A stretch of DNA of 63,960 bases, counting the filler, from Ionaspis alba (lineage: Eukaryota): the NCBI GenBank assembly GCA_964255285.1. It is 5 parts of 5 records of this genome, joined end to end, with 100 filler letters (N's around TTAATTAATTAA, not from the genome) between each part and the next. Parts side by side here need not be neighbours in the genome. Positions count along the whole stretch, not along the records: positions 26,454 to 39,553 come from CAXUUL010000476.1; 4 more parts are not named here. One strand, given 5' to 3'. The notes under the pieces are model-generated. The model was not told the origin of the DNA. It ran no database searches and worked only from the letters and a program-made list of their open reading frames with translations. Each line of letters starts with the position of its first letter. The stretch's first letter is position 1. The position numbers and the translations under genes were made by a program. Of the stretch, positions 26,354 to 38,315 are shown in pieces.

Positions 26354-26453
26354 NNNNNNNNNNNNNNNNNNNNNNNNNNNNNNNNNNNNNNNNNNNNTTA
26401 ATTAATTAANNNNNNNNNNNNNNNNNNNNNNNNNNNNNNNNNNNNNNNNNNNN
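26354..26453. other. Artificial scaffold linker (44 N + TTAATTAATTAA + 44 N)
   Basis: Spacer at 26398-26409. Confidence 0.97.
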
Positions 26454-27071
26454 TGTTGATTGTGGTAGGTGGACAGAGGGGGTAGGAGGAGTTGTGCGGA
26501 CTTTGTTGTTGTTTGTTGGTGGAGATGGAGGGGAGGATGTGGGAGGGGAGGAGGATATGGTATGGTGTCTCGAGCTGTGGTCGGGGTGGGGGAGTGGCGG
26601 CGTTTGAGGGTGCGTGTGGAAGGTGGTGGGAGGTGGAAGTCTTGGTCGTGCTCGAGGGGTGGAAGGGTGGTGGTCTCGTGGTTGCGGTCGCGGTCATGGT
26701 GGTGATCGTGATGGTTGATTGATGGTGAGGATGGGTCTTCAGGTTGAGAGCTGGACTCTATGTTTTCCTCGTCTGTGGGGCGTGGTAGTCGCAGTGCTCG
26801 GGATACCAGAGGCGAGCTGGGAGGTGGATGCCGCACATCTTCTGTGGCTGCTACTGCTGCTGCTGAACGGACAGAGAAGCGCGGGGTTGGGGCAAATTGA
26901 CTTGATGTGGGATGGGTCGTTTGCTGGGCCCTGAGTGTGGAGGGTGGCTTGGAGGTCGGGTGGGAGGACTGTTTGGTGATGAAGCGGTGGGGAGAGGGGG
27001 TCTGGCTTTGGATTAGATGGAGCTGTATGTGTGGTAGGGGAGAGTGGAGCACATCTTACCACAGGCGCCAT
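26454..27071 (-). CDS. Hypothetical Pro/His/Ser-rich protein, 5' part only
   Basis: ATG GCG CCT GTG followed by a GTAAGA donor at about 27059, then a long open low-complexity frame (HHDHHHDRDRNH, TLKRRHSP) to the scaffold end. No family recognised. Confidence 0.45.
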
Positions 27072-28693
27072 TGCGGCGGTAATCTGAAATTGGCTACATG
27101 TTCGTGATCGTGAAAAGGAATTCTATTACGACCGGTTGCGATGATATGTGTCGCCTAATGCTTGGCAGGCGTACAGAGTAAGTCCATGATGTGTTGCTTC
27201 AGTGGACATGTTTGATGGTGAAATTCCATGTGAGATTATCTTCGAATGAAGTCTACAAGAAAGCTCTAAGAGAAACAGGATGCTTCTACGACTATCTAAA
27301 CTTCGATAGAGTGGGCTGTGGAAAGTCCTAGTCCTGGTGCGCTGGGAAACCCCCAGATCCTGCTCCCATGGATCTCAAGCACATCGTTGCAGATTATATG
27401 GAGGAGTAAGGATTCCAATCTAGCATCCTCCTTCGAACTGCACAGGCCACCGAGACTCCTACTAGATATAAACTGGATAAGCATCTTGTAGATCCTCGCA
27501 GGCATGTTTTGACTGTTATCGCTGGGAGCCTTGAAACTCCCTCCAGGTCTGTTTGAAAGGACACGACGTTCTTTGAAGACCCTAACGTCAATGTTCACCA
27601 AGTCAGATTCATATTAAACAAGTTGCTTCTCCCATTGTAGAACAATACAAGTTTCGTAGAGGGCGGCTATCCCTCCCGTCTTTGGCAATCTGTTGGTTAG
27701 CAGGAAAATCATGCGTGTTAGGAACATGACACCTTCAGTGTCGGCGATGATGAGACGAGCCTAGTAGGAACAAACGAGTTTATGCATAGGGGAGGGTGGC
27801 TGAAGGCATTGATCCATAGTGGCCCTCTGTTGCTCCTAGCAATGCGACACTCCCAACGACTACCAATGTGTTGCATATAGAGAGTCTCCAAGTACAATGT
27901 CAGAGAGGAACTTCGCAGTAATAGTAGATCGTAAGAGAGCTGAACCACGAAGACGGATCGACTGACTGACTGACTACACTGTTATGTGATGATGGGACGT
28001 GTGAGCATGACGCGTAATATTGCTCCGGAGTGGCCACCGTCTTTCCCAGTCGTGGAAATGCGCAGCACGTGTAGTTCTTGTCTCGGCCAATAGTGGCGGC
28101 CATTCGGCTTGTCGGGTTCCTTGCATTATTAAGGTACTTACTACTTGCTATTCTCGGACCTGTCGTCGCCCTTTCCCCAATGCAGACGCCTCGTCTCCCC
28201 CTGGAACCGGATTTCTCTGTCCCAATAATTCCCCATCATCATCCATCCACCACTACCACAGCAACCCGCTCAGCTTACATACCATCCACCCATTTCTCGA
28301 CTATCCACCGTCGTTGCCGTTCCTTCATCAACTGCACCTCTCGGTACGATAATACCATATTGCAAACCGCTTTCGCTCTTCGCTCACTGGACAGTATCAC
28401 CACTTTACCAGTTGTCTAGATCGCTCCCCCTGTTGGCCGCTTTGTCGCTCGCTTGAACAACCTTCCAGTGGCCCGTCGTCATCTCTCAGAGTGTCCTCAG
28501 TTATCCACGACCTCTATTGCCGCGACCTTTAATACTCCGACCGTGACATATCCTTTATCTACGACTGCATGCATACCTAAGATTCGAATACAGAAAGCTC
28601 TCCGGCGAAGAAGAAGAAGAGGTGGCGGACTTGGCATAAAGTGTCGGTCGGCATTTTCTCTAGGCGCTGAGCGAACCACACGACCCTTCGACG

Positions 28694-31002
28694 ATGCGCT
28701 TTCCATCCATTTCGAGCCCTCTGGCTCTCCTCTCCGCTGCCATCCTCATTTTCTCATCTCCAGCGTCGGCAGAACGCATGCTATTGTCTAATTCCCTGAA
28801 TCCGTGCTCGAAGAACCCAGGCTTTACGGCGACATTGTTCGACGTGGTCCTCACCCCCGACAACAAAACCCTCACCTACAACATCAACGGCATTTCGTCC
28901 ATATCTGGCAAGGTGACGGCGGAGTTGAACATCATCGTCTATGGAAAAGTCATTTTCAACAAGACGATTAACCCGTGTGACGATCCTTCGCTCGTTTCTC
29001 TGTGTCCGATGAACCCTGGCACGATTCCCATCAAATCCAACTTACCGCTCGACCAAAGCGTCATCGACAGAGTTCCTGGGATTGCCTACATGATTCCCGA
29101 TATCGACATCAAGGGCAGGGTCTACATCCGAAACAGCGACACCGGTGCCGACCTTGCCTGTCTGGAAGCCGAGCTCTCGAACGGGAAGACCGTCGCTCTC
29201 GAGGGAGTCCAGTGGGCTATTGCAGCAGTCGCAGGTCTTGGTCTCCTCTGTTCCGCTCTTGCTTCCGGCTTCGGACACTCCAATACCGCCGCTCACATTG
29301 CGGCTAATGCCTTGTCACTGTTCGGATTCTTCCAGGCCCAGGCCATCATTGGCATGACTGCTGTGTCCATGCCTCCGGTCGTCGAGTCGTGGACTCAGAA
29401 TTTCCAGTGGAGTATGGGACTCGTCAGCATTGGCTTCATGCAAAATGTCTGTACTTGGTATCAGAGATCTACCGGAGGAACACCATCGACGATCTTGTCG
29501 ACATTGGCCACCGTCTCCGTTGAAGTACAAAAGCGATCCCTCGAAATGGCTGATCGACTAATTTCGAGAGGTCTTGCTCATTTGTTGCCGCGAGCCACTT
29601 CGAATGCTAACGATAGTACGTCTACTGCAAACCCGGTGACCGTTGTCAGGGGAATCGAGCGTGCAGGTTTCCGGGCTGAGATTGAGCCTACCAACATCTT
29701 CCTGACTGGACTGGGTTTCTTCGTGGCCTTCATAGTTTTTGTGACCATCGGAGTAGCTCTGTTCAAGGGTGTCTGCGAATTGGCTGCCAGGAATGGCTGG
29801 ATCAAAGGCGAGAAGTTCCAGGAATTCCGCAACGGTTGGAAGATCGTGCTGAAGGGGATCCTTTTCCGACTGGTGAGTTTTGGTTCATTGCTACATGCTT
29901 CTTGTGGTGCTAACGACCTGCAGGTTCTCATCGGTTATCCTCAGATGTGTATCCTATGTCTTTGGGAGCTCACAAAGAGAGATTCTGCCGCAGAAGTCGT
30001 CGTTGCACTCTTCTACATTGTTGCGATGAGTATAGCACTGGTCTGGGCCGGCTTCAAGGTCATCAGGATTGCCAAACGCTCTGTCGCCATGCACAAGAAC
30101 CCGGCATACATCCTGTACTCTGACCCTGCCGCTTTAAACAAATGGGGATTCCTTTACGTCCAATTCCGTGCAACAGCCTACTACTTCATCTTCGCCATCC
30201 TGATCTACACCGTCATCAAGGCTCTGTTCATCGCCTTCGCCCAGGACAACGGCACTGTGCAGACGATTGGACTGCTAATCGTCGAAGCACTCTATCTCAT
30301 CGGTGTATGCATCCTCCGCCCATGGATGGACAAGAAAACAAACACCTTCAACATCTCCATCGCAGTCATCAACTTCATCAACGTCATCTTCCTCCTCGTC
30401 TTCACCAACGTCTTCAACCAACCCGTAAGTCTACCCCCTTCCCCACCCATCCCGTCCCATCCCATACCTTCAAACTAAACCCCCAACCCCAGGGCCTCGT
30501 CTCCGGCGCCATGGGCGTCATCTTCTTCGCCTACAACGCCATTTTCGCCCTCATCCTCCTCCTCATGGTCCTCATCTCCTCCATCATCGCCATCGTCAGC
30601 AAAAACCCCGACACCCGCTACCAGCCCATGCGCGACGACCGCGGCTCCTTCATCAAATCCCAAAACAACCTCACCACCGAACTCGACGCCCTCGGCGCCA
30701 CCGCCCGNNNNNNNNNNNNNNNNNNNNNNNNNNNNNNNNNNNNNNNNNNNNNNNNNNNNNNNNNNNNNNNNNNNNNNNNNNNNNNNNNNNNNNNNNNNNN
30801 NNNNNNNGGGGATTCGAGAGGCTTTTATGGTGCAGGGGCTGGGTATGGTGGCAGGTCGAATAATAATTCTCCTGCTCCGCGATATGATCCCGGGATGGCG
30901 TATCAGAGGAGTGGGAGTTTGCAGTCGAATACGAGTTATCGACCGCAGCAGCAGGGTCATGCGCCAGGGCCTTGGCAGAGGGGGGCGGGGTACGAGCATT
31001 GA
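28694..31002 (+). CDS. TRP-like membrane protein, flavin carrier FLC/Pkd2/spray family; 3 exons, gap inside the last exon
   Basis: Signal peptide and ML-like N-domain (..ACLEAELSNGKTV), FQAQAIIGM..WTQNFQWSMG, WGFLYVQFRA, RPWMDKKTN, PDTRYQPMRDDRGSFIKS. Confidence 0.9.
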
Positions 31003-31477
31003 GGTTGAGGGGGGAATATAAGATCGGAGATTAGGGTGGTAAAGTGGTGGTGTTGTGCTTTTTATTGTGCTTGGATGAGGATGAGGTCGTCTACTTGCTG
31101 TGGTGGATTTTTTCCCTTTTTTCTTGTTATCCTTCTATGGATGCATGCATCGGGCTAGAGGCAGCGCCTCTGGTGGCACGGGCGAGGAGCTTTTCTTGCT
31201 GAAGCTCAGTCTGGTCCGCATCTCGAATGGCGTTTTGGGGATGGTGGATGGGGATTTGTTTATAGCTTGGGTTGTAGATAGTAATTCAACTACGCTTCTT
31301 GTTTGAAGGTTTTGAGCCCAGCTTATTGAATGTCGTGAAGTGATATGTAGACTAGTAAGTATTTTACGGGGCAGGCTTCTACATGATATATATCGCTGTC
31401 AACAGGCTAGATGATTGAAGAATGTAACTTAAGCATATATTTTACCATGTTTCTACTTGGACTACTCACAAGGTGTT

Positions 31478-33000
31478 CTAGACTCCCACATACCCCCTCT
31501 TCTCCGGCCCCAACTGCGACCCCTCTGGACTATCCACACTCCTCATTCCCGTCACCCTCGTATCCAGCATACTCCACCCGGACTGCAACCTACCAATACC
31601 CACACGAAACATCTTCCCAAACCTTACCTCCCCCCTTACCGGATTCTGGAGAACAGGCGTCTGGGACCCGTGCGAGCGGCTGGAGTGGACATCTCGAGGA
31701 GTAGGTGTGGAATCGCTTTGGCGTGTTCGCCGAGTGAGGCGGGAGAGGAGACGGGTTAGGGAGGGGAGGTGGAGGAAGTGCAGATTTAGTTGGCGGAAGA
31801 AGGGGGGAAGGGAGGGCATGCAACTGCACATTATGCCGACGTTGATTTCGACGGCACTGGATGGGGAGGTTAGCTGGAGGCTTGTGGGGAAGAGGGTAGT
31901 GAGGGTCGCCTACGTGGTGATGTAGTTGGGGATTAGGATCCAGGTCGTGTCGGTTGTTTGCAAGAAGAGAATTCGGTAGTAGAGACTTAGGATGGTGGTA
32001 ATGCAGCCGCTGGGATTGGGTCAGGGAGCGTTTCTTGGTTGCTAGGTTGTGGCGTCGGAGGGAGCAAAGAAGAGAAGACTTACAGGAACCCAGTCATGAA
32101 GATTGCGGTCACACCGATCTTTTTCTGGAGGGAGAGTTGAAGTTTCCAGATAACGGGAACGGGCAGAAGCAGCAGATAGAAGTCTCCGATGATGTTGGCC
32201 ACACTTTGCGCAATACCCAATCTTGCAGCATCGCTCGCGCAACTGGGGGCGGTGAAGCTGATGAGGAAGCTCTGACCGCCCCGCGGATAACAGAACACGA
32301 AGGCGAGCACGAAGCATGTGGTGTATAACACCAGGTGGAAGGCTATACCGATGAAGATCAGGATTCGGATGTGCCGGACCAGGGTGAAGACGCGCAGGTA
32401 GAGAAGGAAGAGCGAGAGCTTGACGAGGAACATGACGGGTGGGTAGATGACTAGGCTGGCAAGGATTTTCTGTTTGTTCGTGGTTGTCAGATGGGCTGGC
32501 GCGGATTGAGAAAGGAGCGGTTTGAGAGTACCTGGAATGTCGATTGTTTGAATGAGCTTATGTATAAATCCCACATGTGTGGGCCTACGCCATCGTAGGC
32601 CGCTGGAAATTGTTAGTAGCAAGAACGTAAGAGAGGAGTTAAGAGACCTACAAAGTAAATTAATAGTAGTGTATCCTATCGATCCAATCTATAAAGCCTT
32701 TAGTCACGAGCACAGACTACTAGCAGCCTTCTTTTCTTTACCATTGCAAAGAGACAAGCATCTATTACAGTTAGCTAGTTCCCAATACCTAGTGGAAGAC
32801 AACATACAGTCATCATATCCAAACGCTCGCGTGAGCCTCAGTCTTGCATACATCCGTACAACGAAGAGAATAAACGTAACCACCAAGCTGGTGGTACACA
32901 CAGCCACCGCTACATTGCTTCGAGAATCAGGGTGTATGAAATTGGGAGTCACGCCTGGTGGCGGTTGTGCCACAGGAATGGGAAGATTGATGTAGTCCAT
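31478..33000 (-). CDS. Rhodopsin-domain (PTH11-like, non-CFEM) integral membrane protein; multi-exon
   Basis: PPPGVTPNF, RMYARLRLTRAFGYDD, VKLSLFLLYLRVF, NIIGDFYLLLLPVPVIWKLQLSLQKKIGVTAIFMTG, VEINVGIMCSCMP. Confidence 0.85.
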
Positions 33001-33828
33001 GAGAAGACTATGTAGGAAGACAATGGACAGGGAGTGAGTGCTTCAACTCAATTCAATACAGAAGGATGGCGATTTGAGGCAAGCAACAACCATTCTTCGC
33101 ATATAAAGAGCATCGCATAGACTCAAAACAAGGACACGGCAGCGGAAGAAGGGATTATATCAAAAAGCACAACATTTTGAGTGTGGCATGGCCGAATCCC
33201 AGCGGCACATCAATCTTAGAGGTGTGTGTATGAAGAGGCGTATAGCCGGCTCAATCAGGATTCGCACTTGTAAAGTATGACCACGAGTGTGCCATCTCAA
33301 CCTCAATAGCGTGCCCGAAGGAAGGTAAGAATCCTCTAAACAAACTGATGATCGGTTTCAGAGATTGGCTACAGAGTTGATAGTACGAGTAGGATCTGGC
33401 TGTGCCTCGAAACAGACTCGATCGTGCAGGAGACTATCAGGGATATAAGAAATATGCCGAGCCGCGAGCTGAACACGTATCTGGATTGACCATCATCTTT
33501 CGCTGATGCAAGTGGTGGTGTAAGCCTTCTCTTAGAAGGCTGACCAAAAAGCTGTCACAGAGCGTAGCTGATGCAGATCAATTGAGTACTTCTCGTGATA
33601 GAAATCGAAGAACCAAAGGTCGACAAAGACTGAATGGGACGTGGTCAAAACGTGAAGATTCCGCCACCAACNNNNNNNNNNNNNNNNNNNNNNNNNNNNN
33701 NNNNNNNNNNNNNNNNNNNNNNNNNNNNNNNNNNNNNNNNNNNNNNNNNNNNNNNNNNNNNNNNNNNNNNNTCAGATGTCATAAGCTTCTCATAATCTCA
33801 TTCGGCTGTCTATGAACTCAAGTCAAAC

Positions 33829-35370
33829 ATGTTTGTGGACGCGTTGATCAAGGTGTCTCTGCAGGCCATTTCTTCTGCAAGTCAATCTCGAACGAGCTTA
33901 CCTGTATCACTTCTCTTACTATTCGGTACATCATGGATAACATGGAGGATCTGGAGATTCACTATCCGCCCTACTCTGTATCCAAATGAACCAAAAGAAA
34001 TTCCGTACTTGGTACCGATATTTGGCCACGCTCTTGCATTTTACAAAAGCTTCAATGACCTTGTTGCGCATGGCCGACAGCACTTGGGTAAAACTAACGA
34101 GCTGTTCACGTTGACTATCGCTGGAGAGAGAATCTATATTGTGTTCTCCCCCGAAGATGTCTCAGCGGTCTATAGAAATAATACAACCCTTGAATTCGAT
34201 ACTCATGTGCAAGATCTATTCAGGTTATTTGATGGATCATCTGATGGGATCACGAAACTGCGTATGCCTTATCATGCAGAAGAAAATGAATCAAAACCAG
34301 CCATCGGTTTCAATGGACTCCCTCCTCCACAAAACAGCGTCGGTGTGCATATCCGTCAATCATACAAGCAACAACTACAGCCAGGGGATAAGCTCGACAT
34401 CCTGGAAGTCAAGATAATGCAATCGCTCACCAACTCCCTCGACACCGTTCACAAGCAATGTATCTTACAAGGAGAAACCACACTCTCCGTCCTCCAACTA
34501 ACCAAAGGCACCCTCCTCGATGCCGGAACCGCCGCCCTATACGGCGACCAACTCCTCACCATCTCCCCCACCTTCATCGCCGACTTCTCTGCCTTCGACA
34601 CCAACAGCTGGATGCTGCTCTACCACTATCCAGCTCCTTTCGCCGGCGCCTGCAACATCCCCAAACGCAAAGTCCTCTCCGCCTTCACCTCGTACTTCTC
34701 ACTCCCGCCCTGCTCCCGCAGCTCCACCGCTCAATTCCTTCGCACAATCGAAGCCTCCCAAAGGGAAATATCCCTCTCCGACGCCGACATCGCCAGCTCA
34801 GCCTTCATCTTCTACTGGGCCATCAACAGCAATCCCTGGAAACTCGCCTTCTGGGTCCTCTGCTACATCCTGCACGACCCATCCCTTCACGGCCGCATTC
34901 TCGCAGAAACGAAACCCGCCATCCGCTCTGACGCATCGGGAGGGCTTGATATACAGTACCTCATGGCATCCTGCCCCCTCCTCGAAGCAACCTTCAACGA
35001 AACCCTCCGCCTCGTCGCAGCCTCCACCTCCATCCGCAACGTCATTGCGCCCACCGCCATCGGCTCCAAGATCCTACTGCCAGGCTCCCGCCTCCTCATG
35101 CCCTACCGCCCCATGCACTTCTCGGCCGAAACTTTCGGGCCTGACGTCGAGAATTTCGACCCCGAGCGGTTTTTGAGAAACCCGGGGTTGAGCAAGCATC
35201 CGGCTTTTAGNNNNNNNNNNNNNNNNNNNNNNNNNNNNNNNNNNNNNNNNNNNNNNNNNNNNNNNNNNNNNNNNNNNNNNNNNNNNNNNNNNNNNNNNNN
35301 NNNNNNNNNNGAGCCGGTTAAGGGGGATGATTTGAGAGTGAGGGTCAAGATTAGAAGGGAGGGACCGTAA
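33829..35370 (+). CDS. Cytochrome P450, CYP7/CYP8-like fungal group; the heme-binding motif falls in the N gap
   Basis: N-terminal TM with PKEIPYLVPIFGHAL, I-helix WAINSN, ETLR (ExxR), FDPERF. Gap 35211-35310 starts where the FxxGxxxC motif is expected. Confidence 0.88.
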   Translation: MFVDALIKVSLQAISSASQSRTSLPVSLLLLFGTSWITWRIWRFTIRPTLYPNEPKEIPYLVPIFGHALAFYKSFNDLVAHGRQHLGKTNELFTLTIAGERIYIVFSPEDVSAVYRNNTTLEFDTHVQDLFRLFDGSSDGITKLRMPYHAEENESKPAIGFNGLPPPQNSVGVHIRQSYKQQLQPGDKLDILEVKIMQSLTNSLDTVHKQCILQGETTLSVLQLTKGTLLDAGTAALYGDQLLTISPTFIADFSAFDTNSWMLLYHYPAPFAGACNIPKRKVLSAFTSYFSLPPCSRSSTAQFLRTIEASQREISLSDADIASSAFIFYWAINSNPWKLAFWVLCYILHDPSLHGRILAETKPAIRSDASGGLDIQYLMASCPLLEATFNETLRLVAASTSIRNVIAPTAIGSKILLPGSRLLMPYRPMHFSAETFGPDVENFDPERFLRNPGLSKHPAFXXXXXXXXXXXXXXXXXXXXXXXXXXXXXXXXXXEPVKGDDLRVRVKIRREGP

Positions 35371-35641
35371 GACCGTGAGATTGGTCTTTTAAATACAATT
35401 GAGCGGAGTCGAAGAAGGGGCATAGAGGCCTCTGGTTTTGGAAGATCAACCTTATCCATCTGGATCAAGGGAGGTCCCCTCAATTCTTTTTATCTCTTCT
35501 TTTTTTTACTAAAAATTGGAAATCGATTCGACGACTGGTAGCGCGTGGTAGGTGACGCATCGACCTCAAAGTAGCGGGAAAGCAGCCGAGCTCTTTCATC
35601 GTAAATGTTATCGGATCAAGAACGCTCACCATCCGCTGCGT

Positions 35642-37131
35642 CTACTGTCGTCTTTCTTCTCGCCGCCATTGCTTCCGCTTATACCGCCGTAGCTCGTACA
35701 TGCAGCCGCTGGCGAGGACATAAGCCAGTCCAGCAAATATCTGGGGATAGAGATAGGTGCGAGAGGATGCCGGCCGTCGCAACTTGAGGGCTATGACTTC
35801 GGAGACTGTGATACTGTGAGCAACCAAGCTTTTCTACGTGACATGAAGGAATTTTGGTTCAGAAGAGGGTCTTACAAGCTGCTGGGATCACAACGGAGAG
35901 CCAGGCGAGAGAAAGAAGTGAGGGAAGTTCAGCGAGGCCAGCCACTTCTACCGCCACCGGTCCAACGGTCTATCGAATCATCAGGATCAATATTCCAAAA
36001 ACTCTCAAGGGCAAGGAGTATGGTATCGGTCCGACTCACCACCCAAAAGACCCCTAAAATTGCTCCATTCACAATGGCGAAGACAATGGTCACAGCATAG
36101 TTAGTTGCTGGTATCCAAAGCACAAAACAAGTCAAACCGGAAAACAGGGTAAGTAATCCAGCGGTCTCCAACCTCCCATACCGATCACTAATGATTCCAG
36201 TAAACGGTCTTCCAATCGCCGTGCCCAGATTCAAGAAAGCAGCCACATTTGCCGCCTGCGAACTATCCAATCCAATTGACCTCGAAAAATCCGGCAACGA
36301 GAAAAGCAGCGTGATATACCCCAACATGCTAATACACGACCATGCCAACAGCAGAAAGACATCATATCGTACCAAGAGTTTGGTATCAAATCCTCTCTGC
36401 GGCGGCTTCACACTGGTATTTCGATTCCTTATCAACAACGCCGCAGCAAAATTCATACTCCCACACACAATCGCCGAAATGCGATACGACCACGCCAGCG
36501 AAATGTGCTCGATCATAGCCGCCGTCCCAAAGGAGAATATCAAACCTCCGATCCCTGACCCTGCAGCACTGATCCCATTCGCTAGACTGCGCTTGCGCTG
36601 GAACCACTGTGATAGGATGGCGATGCTGGGGATGTAGGTGAAGCCGACAGCGAGACCGATGAGGATCCCTTGGGTAAGGTATAGGTGCCAGATATGCTGC
36701 GCGAAGGAGGCGCCGATGAAGCCTGTGATGAGGAAGAGCACGCCGAGAAGCATGGGGAGCTGGGTTCCGTAGTGCCGGGCGAGGATCGTGACAACTGGGG
36801 CTGAGAGCATGGCTACGGCGAAATCGAGGCCGCCGATGAAGGCGAAGTCGGTGGGAGTTGCTTCAGGGAAGATGTTGTGGGAGAGGTAGTAGGAGAGGTA
36901 TACGCCGTAGGACTTGCTCTTGTTAATTGCGAGGGGCTATAGAGGGTATGGGGAGGAACGCACGGCTACGATGCCCCAGGTGAAGCAATTGATGCTGAAG
37001 CAAGTCGCCACGCAGATCCAGCCGTATCCGCCATCTGGAGGTGGTTCTGCTTCAGTATCATCGAAGGATATTGGGGAAATGATCGGATCTGTGGTTGGAG
37101 GGGAAGGTGGGGTCTGCTCCGCGGCGGCCAT
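35642..37131 (-). CDS. MFS transporter, monocarboxylate porter (MCH/MCT-like); 4 exons
   Basis: PPPDGGYGWICV, LYLTQGILIG, QWFQRKRSLANGISAAGSGIGG, GRPFTGIISDRYGR. Three GT-AG introns. Confidence 0.9.
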
Positions 37132-37482
37132 TGCATGTAGAGTCTTGAAGTTGAGAAGCAAGAACAGATCGACCACGATTGTAGGTAGATAGAGGCATTT
37201 TGATGCTTAAAAACTGATGCAGAGCGCTCTAGTAAATATTGTACGCAATGTCAGGAAAATAATGCCGGGTGATGTCAAAGAAAGCCGCTTACCCGGGAGT
37301 TCTCATATACTCTATTTCCACCAATAGGAGCCCGGCAATGACATCTCGAAACGAGGTACCAAACCAAACATATAAACTCGGGTCTGTGATCCAAGAACGG
37401 AATTCTATCGCGCCTCTACAGATTCCTTCTCTGCTTCAAAGACACTTATTCCAAAACTCCATAGTTCTGTGGACCTTGACAA

Positions 37483-38080
37483 ATGACGACCTCCCAGGAA
37501 CCACCTCCTTGGCACGCCAGCTTCCCTGCACCGCGGCAAGCGAATCCTCCCGCTGTCTCATGCGCGGAGGTCCTCGAATGGTTTCAGGCCGGAAAAATAC
37601 CTGGGAAAGATTTCTTGCTTGTTGATCTACGAAGGACGGATCATGAGGTAGAATCTGCTTCCCTCATTCCTGAATAAGGGAAATTGTGAGGATCTCCGAC
37701 TAGTGACGCTTATTGCTTCGACTATAGGGCGGTACAATCCGTGGCTCCCTCAACTTGCCCGCGCAGAGCATTTTTACTCTTTGCCAACTCTTTATGAAAT
37801 GGTGAAACTTGCGGGTGTGAAGCATGTTCTCTTTTACTGCAGTCTGTATGCCTCTTTCGATAGGACAAGCGAACAGTCAGCTGAGATTCACCCCCTTTAA
37901 GGCTCGTCAAGGGGAAGAGGGCCCAGAACAGCGGGATGGTTTGCTGATTATATAGAGCAGAGAGGTGGTGGAGTCGTGAAATCCTGTATCCTGGAGGGGG
38001 GAATCAAAGGGTGGGTGAAAGGCGGAAAGGAGTATATTGAGTACATGGACGGGTACGAAGAATGGCCTTGGAAGCAGTGA
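37483..38080 (+). pseudogene. Cdc25/rhodanese-fold arsenate reductase/phosphatase (Acr2/Ych1-like) with an apparent 1-bp frameshift
   Basis: PPWHASFPAP, LLVDLRRTDHE|GGTIRGSLNLPAQS, then the frame changes at T5 (37771-37775) to YSLPTLYEM..LFYC|SSSRGRGPRTAGWF..LEGGIKGW, which carries the CX5R active site. May be a sequence error rather than a pseudogene. Confidence 0.75.
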
Positions 38081-38315
38081 CGGATTGGAGCAGTTGGAAT
38101 CTCAAACATGATAGACTTAAAAACGAAATAGATGCAGTATGTAGTTTGACTTGCATGCGAAAACTGGGGTATCTGCGGTCTCCCTCTTTCCATAGCACTT
38201 CAAGCTAAAGATATGGCTCTATAATTCCACGCTATGCTGCACATAGATCCACACATGTCTAGGCAACGCCCACCAATGCATACATTACCGTAACTTCGTG
38301 CTTTAGGTAATACTT

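Noticed and set aside
28078..28693. uORFs upstream of the FLC gene
   Set aside because: TSS unknown, and short ATG-initiated ORFs are expected by chance.
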